DNA from: a virus
Lineage: Duplodnaviria; Caudoviricetes
Length of the DNA: 38,917 nucleotides
Direction: 5' to 3' (one strand)
Virus record (IMG/VR): IMGVR_UViG_3300017658_000009
Coordinates: 1 to 38,917 of that record
Both the position numbers and the translations under genes were made by a program. Below the pieces are notes generated by a model, which was not told the origin of the DNA, did not search any database, and was given only the letters and a program-made list of their open reading frames with translations. Shown piece by piece: positions 7,305 through 15,142 of this stretch. Each line of letters begins with the position of its first letter. Within the stretch, counting starts at the first letter, position 1.

Positions 7305-7991
7305 TTAGGCGGCTTCAGCAAAGGTGAGGCGGCGATGGAAGGCGCGCGCAGCCTCAACGTCTCGGCCGCAATAGGCAGCTACATCAGCGATACGCCCCTC
7401 GCGGACTGCATCCCACACCTTGGAACCATCCATATCGCCCTTGCCTTCCATGCCGAGTGCGCGCGACAAGCGGTCCGCAGAAATCGTGTTCTTGATGCCG
7501 GCGAACTGAGTCATGGTGTCGAATACACCTTCGTCCCATGGCTTCGCGTGGAAGGGGACAAATAGGGGCGGCCTGACGCCGAGAATGACGGCGCGCTGGA
7601 ACAAGAACCGCAGATCAAAACCAGTGACGTTGTGCCCAACGAAAACGGGGCGTGTCACGCCGGCATTCGGCTGATAGGCGACAGCGAGGTCAGAAAAGAA
7701 GCGGGCCAGTACATCGCGCTCAGCATCGGCTGCCTGCCAATCTTCGCGATAGAACATCGTGGGGGTGTTGTCGTCTACGGCGTAGCCGATCACTGCTACA
7801 TGCCCGCGGCTGCCGTCCAGCGCGGTGCGGCGCCATGCCTGCTCCACCAGGTCAGGTTTCTTATCTGCATGCCAGGCCGCGATTGTTTCCGGCTTGCTGA
7901 TGTTGCCGGGCGGCTCCATAGATGCCCCAATCTCGGCACGAACAGCAGGATCTTGGGCGGGGATGGTTTCGATGTCCAAATAGATATGCAT
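7305..7991 (-). CDS. DEDDy 3'-5' exonuclease (PolB-like)
   Basis: ExoI YLDIET, ExoII HNVTGFD, ExoIII YCGRD motifs. Confidence 0.9.
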   Translation of the reverse strand: MHIYLDIETIPAQDPAVRAEIGASMEPPGNISKPETIAAWHADKKPDLVEQAWRRTALDGSRGHVAVIGYAVDDNTPTMFYREDWQAADAERDVLARFFSDLAVAYQPNAGVTRPVFVGHNVTGFDLRFLFQRAVILGVRPPLFVPFHAKPWDEGVFDTMTQFAGIKNTISADRLSRALGMEGKGDMDGSKVWDAVREGRIADVAAYCGRDVEAARAFHRRLTFAEAA

Positions 7992-8001
7992 GTCCTATCC
8001 C

Positions 8002-8655
8002 TTAGAAGTAGTGCGCCTTGCGCCCGTGGGCCTGGGCGAAAGGAATGTCATCGTCGAGGGCTGACGCACCAGCGGTAGCGGCGGCACGGTTGCCTTCTTC
8101 GATGGACCCACCGCCAGAGCGCAACGGCTTATCGCGCAGTGCTTGAACCATCTTTTCGAGTTGAAGCGGCTGAGTCTTGCGGTCCAGAATTTCGGACGCC
8201 ACCAGTTCGGTGCTGGCCTGGAAGGCGCCGGCGAGGTTGGGGCGCCACTTGCCCGGCTTGTACTCTTCCATCGTGAAAAGCAGGCCGATGGGCTTGCCCA
8301 GCAGTTCGATGAACTGCGGCACCACCACATCGATCTCGCGCTGCTGGTCGAAGTCGTAGACCTTGGCGGGCGTGTCCTTCGGATCGGCGAGGTTGCGCAG
8401 CGCCAGGCAGGCCATGATGGCCGACAACTGCTTGAAACCGTAGACCGGTGTGCCGTCCTCCCGCTTGGTGTAGATGGAGAAGCGCGCCTTCTGGCCGCCG
8501 TCGCCGACGAAGTCGAAGTCAATGCCGAGGGTGCCGGTGTTTTCGGACACGATGTGCTGGGCGCGCGTGAACTTGCCCTTGTATTTGCCCTTCTCGGCGA
8601 TACGGCTACCGGTGGATTCGGCCGCCTTCGCGGCTGCGGGATCGAGTGCGTACAT
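8002..8655 (-). CDS. Putative single-stranded DNA-binding protein (DUF669-like)
   Basis: Acidic DDDIPF motif near the C-terminus; directly downstream of the Sak4-like ATPase. Confidence 0.7.
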   Translation of the reverse strand: MYALDPAAAKAAESTGSRIAEKGKYKGKFTRAQHIVSENTGTLGIDFDFVGDGGQKARFSIYTKREDGTPVYGFKQLSAIMACLALRNLADPKDTPAKVYDFDQQREIDVVVPQFIELLGKPIGLLFTMEEYKPGKWRPNLAGAFQASTELVASEILDRKTQPLQLEKMVQALRDKPLRSGGGSIEEGNRAAATAGASALDDDIPFAQAHGRKAHYF

Positions 8656-8667
8656 GGTTGCTCCTGG

Positions 8668-9318
8668 TTAGGCGGCTTCGGTGAGGCCGTAGTACTGGTA
8701 GATGGCGGTGTCGACGGCGGCCAGGTCGTTCTCGACCATGTCGGCGTCGAACATGCCCATGGGCGTTTTGACGGTGTCGCTGCCGTTGTTGCGGGTGGCG
8801 AAGTAGTACTGGCCGTCCTGAACGACGGTCTTCAGGACGATGGAAACCATGCCTTCGAGGGTGATCTTCTCGTCCAGCATCTTTCCGATCGTCTTGATCT
8901 TGGTGCGCCCGTCGTCGGTGGTTTCGACGTGCGACAGCACGTAGACACGCACGTCGTCGGGCAGGCGCGCGGCCTCGGCCAGGATGTCCCAGGCGTTGCG
9001 GCCGATCTCGGTGAACTTCTCGAAGCCCTTCTCGGCGCTGCGGCGCATGAACTCGTTCGCCATGACGTACTGGAAGTCGTCAATGACGATGATCGGACGC
9101 TTGGTGCGCTTCATGGCGCCCACGATCGTGGCGGCCGAGTCGCAGATGAAGATGCTGCCGGCCGGGTTGTCCTTCGTGACTGGCTTCCAGTTACCGCTCT
9201 TGAACGGCAACGGCTTCTTGATGGCCTGGATCAACAGCGTTTGCGTGGGGTCGAGATTGCGCAGGCTGGTGGTCTTGCCGGTGCCAGACTGCCCGAGGAT
9301 CATGGTTACGGTGCTCAT
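8668..9318 (-). CDS. Sak4-like AAA ATPase / single-strand annealing protein
   Basis: Walker A GQSGTGKT, Walker B IVIDD; context with SSB and exonuclease. Confidence 0.8.
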   Translation of the reverse strand: MSTVTMILGQSGTGKTTSLRNLDPTQTLLIQAIKKPLPFKSGNWKPVTKDNPAGSIFICDSAATIVGAMKRTKRPIIVIDDFQYVMANEFMRRSAEKGFEKFTEIGRNAWDILAEAARLPDDVRVYVLSHVETTDDGRTKIKTIGKMLDEKITLEGMVSIVLKTVVQDGQYYFATRNNGSDTVKTPMGMFDADMVENDLAAVDTAIYQYYGLTEAA

Positions 9319-9420
9319 TGAGTGCTCCTGATTGGTCGATTGCTGCGAGTGCTACAGAGCGGCCGCGGTGGGCGCGCAGGAATTGATCGGGAAGGCCGGG
9401 GGCATAGAAGTCTTCGGCTT

Positions 9421-9594
9421 TCATGGCTGTTCGCGCGCGGCCACGGCGGTCTTGCCGCAGCCTTCGCAGTTGGTGAGGGTGGATTCGTCGCGCTGCTGGA
9501 CTTCGCCGTAGCCGAAGAGCAGGGCCACCAGCAGGCCGGCGACGGTGAGCGCGGACAGGCGGGCGTCGCGGTCGCGCAGGAGGCGGCGGATCAT
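9421..9594 (-). CDS. Small membrane protein (57 aa)
   Basis: ATGA overlap with the upstream stop; one hydrophobic helix and a CEGC motif. Confidence 0.65.
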   Translation of the reverse strand: MIRRLLRDRDARLSALTVAGLLVALLFGYGEVQQRDESTLTNCEGCGKTAVAAREQP

Positions 9595-9857
9595 TGGGCA
9601 CCTCGGGCTTTGGCGATCACTGCGGCGGCGTTGGTGACTGCGGCCCAATCGTCTCCAAGCTGTTCGGCGGCGACTGCGTACAAGACGCTCAAAGCCTCCA
9701 GCAGCTCCGGCGCGGCGGCGATCAGCTGGCCATTGGCGGGCGAATAGTCGCCGTCGACGGAGCGCGCGATGTGGGCGATAGTCAGCTGTTCACGGTCCAC
9801 GCTGTAGATGCGCCCATTGCGATGCGCCCAAGGCCCGGGCGTGTGTTTCGTCGTCAT
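9591..9857 (-). CDS. Hypothetical phage protein
   Basis: KHTPGPW...AN..LIAAAPELLEAL pattern common in phage early regions. Confidence 0.85.
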   Translation of the reverse strand: MTTKHTPGPWAHRNGRIYSVDREQLTIAHIARSVDGDYSPANGQLIAAAPELLEALSVLYAVAAEQLGDDWAAVTNAAAVIAKARGAQ

Positions 9858-9961
9858 GCTTTGCTCCAGGAATCGCGGCGGGCGTGCGCGCGCATCAGCG
9901 CATCACCCAGCCGGCCAATCAGGTAAGCGGCAAGCAGGCCGCAGAAGAGGTAGGCGGTCAT
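9854..9961 (-). CDS. Small hydrophobic peptide (35 aa)
   Basis: MTAYLFCGLLAAYLIGRLG...; ATGA-coupled at both ends. Confidence 0.55.
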   Translation of the reverse strand: MTAYLFCGLLAAYLIGRLGDALMRAHARRDSWSKA

Positions 9962-10029
9962 TTGCCGGCCCGCCATTCGACGATGGCGTCGTAAAGGCAC
10001 AGCACGCCGATGAGAACGAAGGCGATCAC
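9958..10029 (-). CDS. Hydrophobic micropeptide (23 aa, MIAFVLIGVLCLYDAIVEWRAGK)
   Basis: Not in the ORF track; GTGA overlap with the upstream stop, GAGGA RBS, ATGA overlap with the next start. Confidence 0.55.
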   Translation of the reverse strand: MIAFVLIGVLCLYDAIVEWRAGK

Positions 10030-10394
10030 AGGCATTCCTCCGCCTCATCCGGGTCCATCTCGGCCAGCAGGCGGTTCGCCTCGGCGTGAATGAAGGTGTG
10101 CAGGTGGGCGCGCAAGAACTTGCCCACGCTCGGGATGGACTCGCCGGCCAGCAGCACCAGCAGCGCGCCGGCCTGGTTGTCCGCCAGTTCGTTCATCAGG
10201 CATTCCGCCCAGATCGCCGCGGACTGGCCGAAGGCGCCGGCCGTCTCGTTGAACAGGCAGGCCTGCACCAGCTCAACCGCGCGCGCTTCCGTGACGGTCG
10301 GCGCATCAGCATCGATTTCGTCGGGCAGGGAGTAGGGCGCCGCGACCCGCAGCGGGTCATCGCCCAAGGCTTCGAAGGATTGGCGGGCGTTCAT
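10026..10394 (-). CDS. Hypothetical phage protein
   Basis: 122 aa, acidic, operon context. Confidence 0.8.
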   Translation of the reverse strand: MNARQSFEALGDDPLRVAAPYSLPDEIDADAPTVTEARAVELVQACLFNETAGAFGQSAAIWAECLMNELADNQAGALLVLLAGESIPSVGKFLRAHLHTFIHAEANRLLAEMDPDEAEECL

Positions 10395-10397
10395 GGC

Positions 10398-10796
10398 TCA
10401 GTTCCGCCCTTCGCATTCGACCTTACGCGCCATTTCCTGGTAGTGCACCAGCGTGGCGAACCGGCGGAACTCATCGGCCCAGGTCGTGCGGATGCGCTTG
10501 CGGTTGTTCGCGTCCGCGCAGTCCCAAGCGGCGGCCAGCGCCCGGACGAACGTGTCGCCAATCAGGATCATCTCGCGCACGGCGCGCTCGTCCGTGACGG
10601 GCGGGTAGGGCGGCTGAGGGGCGGCCGGGGCCTTGGCGTCCCGCCAGTCGGAAGCCTTGGCGCGGGCTTCCAGCGCGCGGTCCGCAGCGATCAGGGCTTC
10701 CGTGGCGGAGGCAATGGCTTCCGCGGCGTGCTGCTGGCCGTCCTGCACCGCGGCAACCAGCACCGCGCGCACGGTGTCCTCGAAGATGTATTTCAT
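10398..10796 (-). CDS. Hypothetical phage protein
   Basis: ATG 10796 after AAGGAG; G..FVRALA.AW..AD..N...I...W pattern. Confidence 0.8.
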   Translation of the reverse strand: MKYIFEDTVRAVLVAAVQDGQQHAAEAIASATEALIAADRALEARAKASDWRDAKAPAAPQPPYPPVTDERAVREMILIGDTFVRALAAAWDCADANNRKRIRTTWADEFRRFATLVHYQEMARKVECEGRN

Positions 10797-10842
10797 GGAT
10801 TTCTCCTTGCCCCGGCACCCGGGGCGGGGTGGGTGAGGGGGG

Positions 10843-11043
10843 TTAGGCGGCGGTGGCAGGGCGCAGGTCGCGCGGGCGGTACGCCTTTGGCTGGCCGCAG
10901 TAGGCACGGCGCGCGTACATCAGCGCGCCCTCGGCATTCCAACCATCAGCCCGCAACGACAGGTAGACGTTTGCGCTGAAGGCGTGGCCGTGCGATTCGG
11001 CCAGGCGGTAGATGCGACGGCAAAGCTTGAGCGTGGTGGCCAT
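10843..11043 (-). CDS. Small basic protein, first gene after PL
   Basis: 66 aa, GGGAGA RBS, immediately downstream of the PL-like promoter. Confidence 0.65.
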   Translation of the reverse strand: MATTLKLCRRIYRLAESHGHAFSANVYLSLRADGWNAEGALMYARRAYCGQPKAYRPRDLRPATAA

Positions 11044-11085
11044 GCTGTTCTCCCGTTCTCCCCGGGGTGGGGAGGTGTTGGGAGA

Positions 11086-11114
11086 ATTATGCGCAAACGC
11101 ATAAATCGAGTCAA
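11086..11114 (-). promoter_or_regulatory. PL-like early leftward promoter
   Basis: TTGACT-17 nt-CATAAT on the minus strand. Confidence 0.85.
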
Positions 11115-11147
11115 TACGAAAACGAATAAATAATTCGTGAGGGTATA
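11088..11147. promoter_or_regulatory. OL operators x3 (consensus TATNCG-N4-CGNATA)
   Basis: TATGCGcaaaCGCATA 11088, AATACGaaaaCGAATA 11113, AATTCGtgagGGTATA 11132. Confidence 0.75.
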
Positions 11148-11156
11148 CCCGAAGAC

Positions 11157-11182
11157 AAAAAAAAGCCGCCTGGGCGGCGGCT
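11157..11182 (-). terminator. Intrinsic terminator ending the cI operon
   Basis: AGCCGCC-gccca-GGCGGCT followed by a T run on the minus strand. Confidence 0.85.
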
Positions 11183-11202
11183 CGATGAGATCAAGGTAAT
11201 GG

Positions 11203-12003
11203 CTATAGGCTGGGCTCTGCTCGGTCTTGAGATGCCTTCGGCGTATTGGCTGGGTACAGCCTGCCAAAGTAGGTGTTCCGCACGCGGCGAGACCACTTAA
11301 AGTACAAGGTCCATATCAGCGCCGTTACGGTTGCTGCCAGAACCGAGCCCAAGGTACGCGGGTCGCTGAAGTACTCGACAACGCTGTAGTCTAAAAACGC
11401 CTGTCCTGCGGCTGCATCCAAGACGCTGGTGATAGGTCCACGGAGCCAGAGCGCCACGATGACCAGAGATACTGTTTGTGGCCTCAGGTCTTTGAGAAGT
11501 CGATATCCAGCGACGATTGAGACCGCACAGGCAGCGGCGATAATTGTCCAGCCGGCAGCCTTATATGAAGACCAGGCTGGCAAGCGCAGCAGTGCCGGAT
11601 ACAAGCGTTCGGCTTCTTCCAGCGCTTGCAGGGTTTGACCTATCGACATCAGAGGGCCCAGGATAAGAAGGCCAATGATCGGGAGCCAAAGCCAGCCGCC
11701 AACGCCCACAGGGCCAACGCTGACGCTTGCCAATTTTGCCGCAGGTCGCCGACGGAACGGAAGATTCTTCCAGCGCACTAGGCCATCAGCATCGGGGGGA
11801 TTGCCGGAGAATCCAGCCAATATCCAAGCGCATCCTTGAAACACTCCAAAAGCGGCAATGCCGGCCCCAAGAACCGGCAGGGTCATGCCCGGCTCTCGGC
11901 CGAATAAGACGGCCACGCTTACGACCATTGAGAGGGCAAGTATGCCCCACGCCACCAGTGACACCACTTTGACAATCCGCCGTACCCCCTCCTGCATTGC
12001 CAT
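11203..12003 (-). CDS. Polytopic membrane protein with DUF2569-like domain
   Basis: About 6 hydrophobic segments; GVGGWL and W..YF..S.RV.NT motifs; AAGGAG RBS; 12 nt after the cI stop. Confidence 0.8.
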   Translation of the reverse strand: MAMQEGVRRIVKVVSLVAWGILALSMVVSVAVLFGREPGMTLPVLGAGIAAFGVFQGCAWILAGFSGNPPDADGLVRWKNLPFRRRPAAKLASVSVGPVGVGGWLWLPIIGLLILGPLMSIGQTLQALEEAERLYPALLRLPAWSSYKAAGWTIIAAACAVSIVAGYRLLKDLRPQTVSLVIVALWLRGPITSVLDAAAGQAFLDYSVVEYFSDPRTLGSVLAATVTALIWTLYFKWSRRVRNTYFGRLYPANTPKASQDRAEPSL

Positions 12004-12015
12004 GTTTTTCTCCTT

Positions 12016-12717
12016 TTAGAAGTCTTCGCTGCGCCAGACCTTCAGCACGCGGCCGAAGACCTCCAGATCCATGTCAGGCTTGATGGTCCAGTCGCGGTAA
12101 GCCTTGTTGGCGGAAATGGCCACCAGTCCCTCTCCGGGGATGCGTTGCAGGCGCTTGATGAACCCCTCGTTGCCGACGCGGAAGAAATAGACCGCGTCGA
12201 AAGCAACAACGTTGACGCCCAGGTCCACGATGAGCGGGTCTCCGGGGTTGAACATGCCGCGCATGGAATCCCCAAAGCCCGTGACGATGCACAGGTTGCT
12301 CGCCGAGCTGTAGTCTCGGACGTTCTTATGCAGCCATTCCTGGCTGACGTTCCAGCTCTTGATAATCCCTGGCTGGTCGCGCAGCTCCAATCCGTCTCCC
12401 ATTTTCCCCCCTGTATCGAACTGCGGAATAGGAATGTCGTTGCTTTCCGGAATTGGCGTTGCGCCAACCTCCTTGGCCGGGACTCCGCCGAAGACGGTGT
12501 CAACTGCATCCGCGCGCGCACGTTCACTGAGAAAAGCCTCAACAGGCACGCCGTAGTGGCGCGCGATGGGCTCGAAGGTTGACACGCGCGGTTCGGACGC
12601 CGTGCCCGACAGAAACCGATAGATGGTCGGCTGCGGCACTTTGGCCTTGCGCGCCAAGGAGTTCGCGGTGTCGCCAGCGCGATCCATCAAGGCCTGGAGG
12701 AATTCTCGGGAGTTCAT
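12016..12717 (-). CDS. cI: CI-like repressor (HTH + S24 autoprotease)
   Basis: N-terminal HTH, catalytic GDSM and IKRL motifs; ATG 12717 lies 6 nt after a CATAGT -10, suggesting a leaderless PRM mRNA. Confidence 0.93.
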   Translation of the reverse strand: MNSREFLQALMDRAGDTANSLARKAKVPQPTIYRFLSGTASEPRVSTFEPIARHYGVPVEAFLSERARADAVDTVFGGVPAKEVGATPIPESNDIPIPQFDTGGKMGDGLELRDQPGIIKSWNVSQEWLHKNVRDYSSASNLCIVTGFGDSMRGMFNPGDPLIVDLGVNVVAFDAVYFFRVGNEGFIKRLQRIPGEGLVAISANKAYRDWTIKPDMDLEVFGRVLKVWRSEDF

Positions 12718-12725
12718 GGCGGAAC

Positions 12726-12781
12726 TATGCATGAATGAATAATTCGATTGGGTATTGCACAGTTATTCGGAAACGTATAAT
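12726..12781. promoter_or_regulatory. OR operators x3 with divergent PRM/PR
   Basis: TATGCAtgaaTGAATA 12726, AATTCGattgGGTATT 12741, TATTCGgaaaCGTATA 12764; TATAAT at 12776-12781. Confidence 0.78.
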
Positions 12782-12790
12782 CTGGCGCCC

Positions 12791-13015
12791 ATGGACACCG
12801 CTACCGATCTCATCAAGCGCATTCGCGCCTCTGGAATGACCCAGTCGGAAATTTCCCGGCGAACAGGTATCCCTCAGCCTCGTCTCTCCCGATGGGAGGC
12901 CGGCGCGCCTTCGGCCGGGGCGAACGACGCCCTGAAGTTGGCAGAGCTGGCGCGCTCGCTGGCCGTCGTGTCTGAGGGGACCGAGCAAGCGCCAGCACGG
13001 CGGGCGGCGGCATGA
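12791..13015 (+). CDS. cro: Cro-like HTH regulator
   Basis: GMTQSEISRRTGIPQPRLSRWE HTH; divergent from cI. Confidence 0.88.
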   Translation: MDTATDLIKRIRASGMTQSEISRRTGIPQPRLSRWEAGAPSAGANDALKLAELARSLAVVSEGTEQAPARRAAA

Positions 13016-13020
13016 CCCCA

Positions 13021-13185
13021 TCAATGCACCGTCGCGCCGGCGCGGTCGTCGGTGGCCCAGGCCATGCGGTCGCGCTCGGCGCAGAGCTCCCTGAACAGGT
13101 CCATCACCGCGGCCTCGCTCGGGTCCACGAAGGCCCGGCGCGCGATGTCCTGGGCGTTGTTCAGCAGTTTCTCGGTTTCCGTCAC
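13021..13185 (-). CDS. Small antisense protein (54 aa) between cro and cII
   Basis: Not in the ORF track; GTG start, high-GC3 codons, amphipathic sequence MTETEKLLNNAQDIARRAFVDPSEAAVMDLFRELCAERDRMAWATDDRAGATVH; fills the gap without overlap. Confidence 0.65.
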   Translation of the reverse strand: MTETEKLLNNAQDIARRAFVDPSEAAVMDLFRELCAERDRMAWATDDRAGATVH

Positions 13186-13223
13186 CTCTTATCCCTCGCT
13201 CTTTGTTCATAAGGAAGTACTCG

Positions 13224-13538
13224 ATGAGCACGCAACCAGTATCTGCCGACAAGCAGGAAAGCACCCGCAAGATCGGCGCAAGGTATTTGGCCGAGGTATT
13301 GCAGCGGCTTGCATTGACCACGCAGGACCGTGCAGCGTCTTGCATGGGTATGGACGCCAGCACGCTCAGCCGCTTCAAGGCGGAGCACCTGGAGCGCGCC
13401 TGCCAGCTGTTGGCCGCTGTTGGACTGCAGGTCGCGGCGGCTGATGCCGTCGTCGTGAGCAGGGACGACCTGCAAGCGCTCAAGCGCATGGCCTACAAGT
13501 ACCTGCAGGCCGAGATCGAATCGGAAGAGCGGGACTGA
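13224..13538 (+). CDS. cII: CII-like transcription activator
   Basis: Q..AA..MG.DASTLSR.K HTH followed by LLAAVGL; position after cro; AAGGA RBS. Confidence 0.8.
   Translation: MSTQPVSADKQESTRKIGARYLAEVLQRLALTTQDRAASCMGMDASTLSRFKAEHLERACQLLAAVGLQVAAADAVVVSRDDLQALKRMAYKYLQAEIESEERD
13238..13270 (-). promoter_or_regulatory. Candidate CII-activated PRE promoter
   Basis: Minus strand TTGC-GGGTGC-TTTC flanking the -35 position, 17-nt spacer, GATACT -10; inside the cII 5' end as in lambda. Confidence 0.45.
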
Positions 13539-13539
13539 C

Positions 13540-13947
13540 ATGCGGTACCCCCTGAACCCCCGCACGCGCCAGCGCGCTCACCAGGCGATCGACGCAGCGC
13601 CTGACGGCTTTTTCTTTCTGCCGCCCGCCGAGCCCACGCGCAAACTGGCGCTCAACGCCAAGATGTGGGCCATGTTGAACGACGTGGCGCGCCAACTGCG
13701 CTGGCCCGTCAATGGCGTGGAAGAGCAGCTGTCCGCCGAAGCGTGGAAGGACATCTTCACGGCCAGCCTGAACCAGGAGCAGCGCATGGCTGCCGGCCTG
13801 CGCGGCGGCTTCGTGATGCTGGGCGAGAGCACCAGCGGCATGAGCCAGCGCAAGATGAGCGAGCTCATCGACCTGATCGACGCCTTCGGCAGCGAGCGCG
13901 GCGTGCGCTGGTCCGGACCCGACGACATCCCGGGATGGGTGCGCTGA
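13540..13947 (+). CDS. ninB: NinB/Orf-family recombination protein
   Basis: NAKMWAML.DVA.Q, WKD.F, G.STS.M....MSELI..I.AFG motifs. Confidence 0.88.
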   Translation: MRYPLNPRTRQRAHQAIDAAPDGFFFLPPAEPTRKLALNAKMWAMLNDVARQLRWPVNGVEEQLSAEAWKDIFTASLNQEQRMAAGLRGGFVMLGESTSGMSQRKMSELIDLIDAFGSERGVRWSGPDDIPGWVR

Positions 13948-14348
13948 TGCTGCGCCGTTCGCACCTGACCCGCAAAACCCCGCTGCACGCCACCACGGGC
14001 CTGCAGCGCACCCCATTTAAGCGCCGCGCGCCCAAGAAGCGCGCCGGCCACGAACCGAAGTACCTGGCCGCGTGCCGCGGCGAACCTTGCTACCTCCAGA
14101 TCCCGGGCGTGTGCCGCGGCGCGTGCGAGCGCGACAGCGTGGTGCCGTGCCACGCCAATTGGAGCGCCTACGGCAAGGGCATGGGCATCAAGGCCCACGA
14201 CATCTACACCGTTCCCGGCTGCTTCCGCTGCCACCAGTGCCTGGATCAGGGCTTCAGCCTGACCGACGACCAGAAGCGCGCGACCTGGGAATGGGCATAC
14301 AACCGCTGGCTGCCCGTGCGCGCCGGCAAGCTGCAGGAGGCGGTATGA
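13947..14348 (+). CDS. Cys/His-rich putative nuclease (DUF1364-like)
   Basis: RGEPC.LQIPGVC, PCHAN, GKGMGIKAHD, CFRCH. Confidence 0.75.
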   Translation: MLRRSHLTRKTPLHATTGLQRTPFKRRAPKKRAGHEPKYLAACRGEPCYLQIPGVCRGACERDSVVPCHANWSAYGKGMGIKAHDIYTVPGCFRCHQCLDQGFSLTDDQKRATWEWAYNRWLPVRAGKLQEAV

Positions 14349-15142
14349 AGCGCCCGTCATTCCAGTTCTACCCCGGCGACTGGACCGGGAACAGCAATCT
14401 GCGCCGCTGCACACACGCGGAAAAGGGCGCATGGCTGGACATCATGTGCCTGATGCACGACCAGGAAGAGTACGGCGTCTTGCGCTGGCCCCTGAAGGAA
14501 ATCGCCCTGGCGGCTGGGTGTCCCGTGGCACTGGTCAAGGCGCTGGTGTCCAAGGGCGTGCTCAAGGGCGACGACAACGAGCTCACGGAGCCCTTCGTCT
14601 ACACGCCGCGCAGCGGTCGCAAGAACGGCGAACCGGTTGATCTGATCACCACCCAAGCCGGCCCAATCTGGTACTCAAGCCGAATGGTAAAGGACGAGTA
14701 TGTCCGCACCATTCGCGGCGAGAGTTCGCGCTTTGGTGAAGGCAATGATGCAGCGTCAAAGGGTGCACCAAAGAAGCCATCTAAGCATTCACCTAAGCCC
14801 CCCTTTGGTGACGGCTCTTCTTCTTCATCTTCTCCTTCGGGAAAAGATAACCCCCCCAACCCCCCGGCGGGGGGAGAGGGCTGGTCGTTACCGGACTGGG
14901 TTCCTGCCGAACCCTGGCGGCAGTTTGAGGAAATGCGGCGGAAGAAAAAGAAGCCCATGACCGACGCCGCCCGCAAGCTGGCCGTGAACAAGCTGGACGC
15001 GTTGCGCGGCGCTGGCCACGACGTGGCGACGATGCTGGACCAGACCATCCTGCATGCCTGGGACACGTTCTACGCGCCGAAGGCGAACATGGCACCGCAG
15101 GGCGTCCTGGGAGACGATCAGCCATGGACGGGGGCAGTGTGA
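14345..15142 (+). CDS. Replication initiator (O-like, YdaU/DUF1376-like N-terminus)
   Basis: MKRPSFQFYPGDW...EKGAW..IMC.MH N-domain, low-complexity linker, LPDW..W..F..MR C-domain; upstream of the helicase. Confidence 0.75.
   Translation: MKRPSFQFYPGDWTGNSNLRRCTHAEKGAWLDIMCLMHDQEEYGVLRWPLKEIALAAGCPVALVKALVSKGVLKGDDNELTEPFVYTPRSGRKNGEPVDLITTQAGPIWYSSRMVKDEYVRTIRGESSRFGEGNDAASKGAPKKPSKHSPKPPFGDGSSSSSSPSGKDNPPNPPAGGEGWSLPDWVPAEPWRQFEEMRRKKKKPMTDAARKLAVNKLDALRGAGHDVATMLDQTILHAWDTFYAPKANMAPQGVLGDDQPWTGAV

Noticed and set aside
8143-9321. Long plus-strand ORF (392 aa) and similar antisense ORFs (e.g. 15180-16454, 20056-21453, 31262-32890, 34402-35580)
   Set aside because: Shadow frames opposite well-supported high-GC3 genes; no motifs or RBS
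9191-9424. ORF MKAEDFYAPG... coupled to the 9421 stop
   Set aside because: Runs 128 nt into the Sak4-like gene out of frame; possibly a remnant, insufficient support
13012-13212. Plus-strand 66-aa ORF coupled to the cro stop
   Set aside because: Reads like the antisense shadow of the better minus-strand ORF 13021-13185; not fully excluded because of its ATGA overlap
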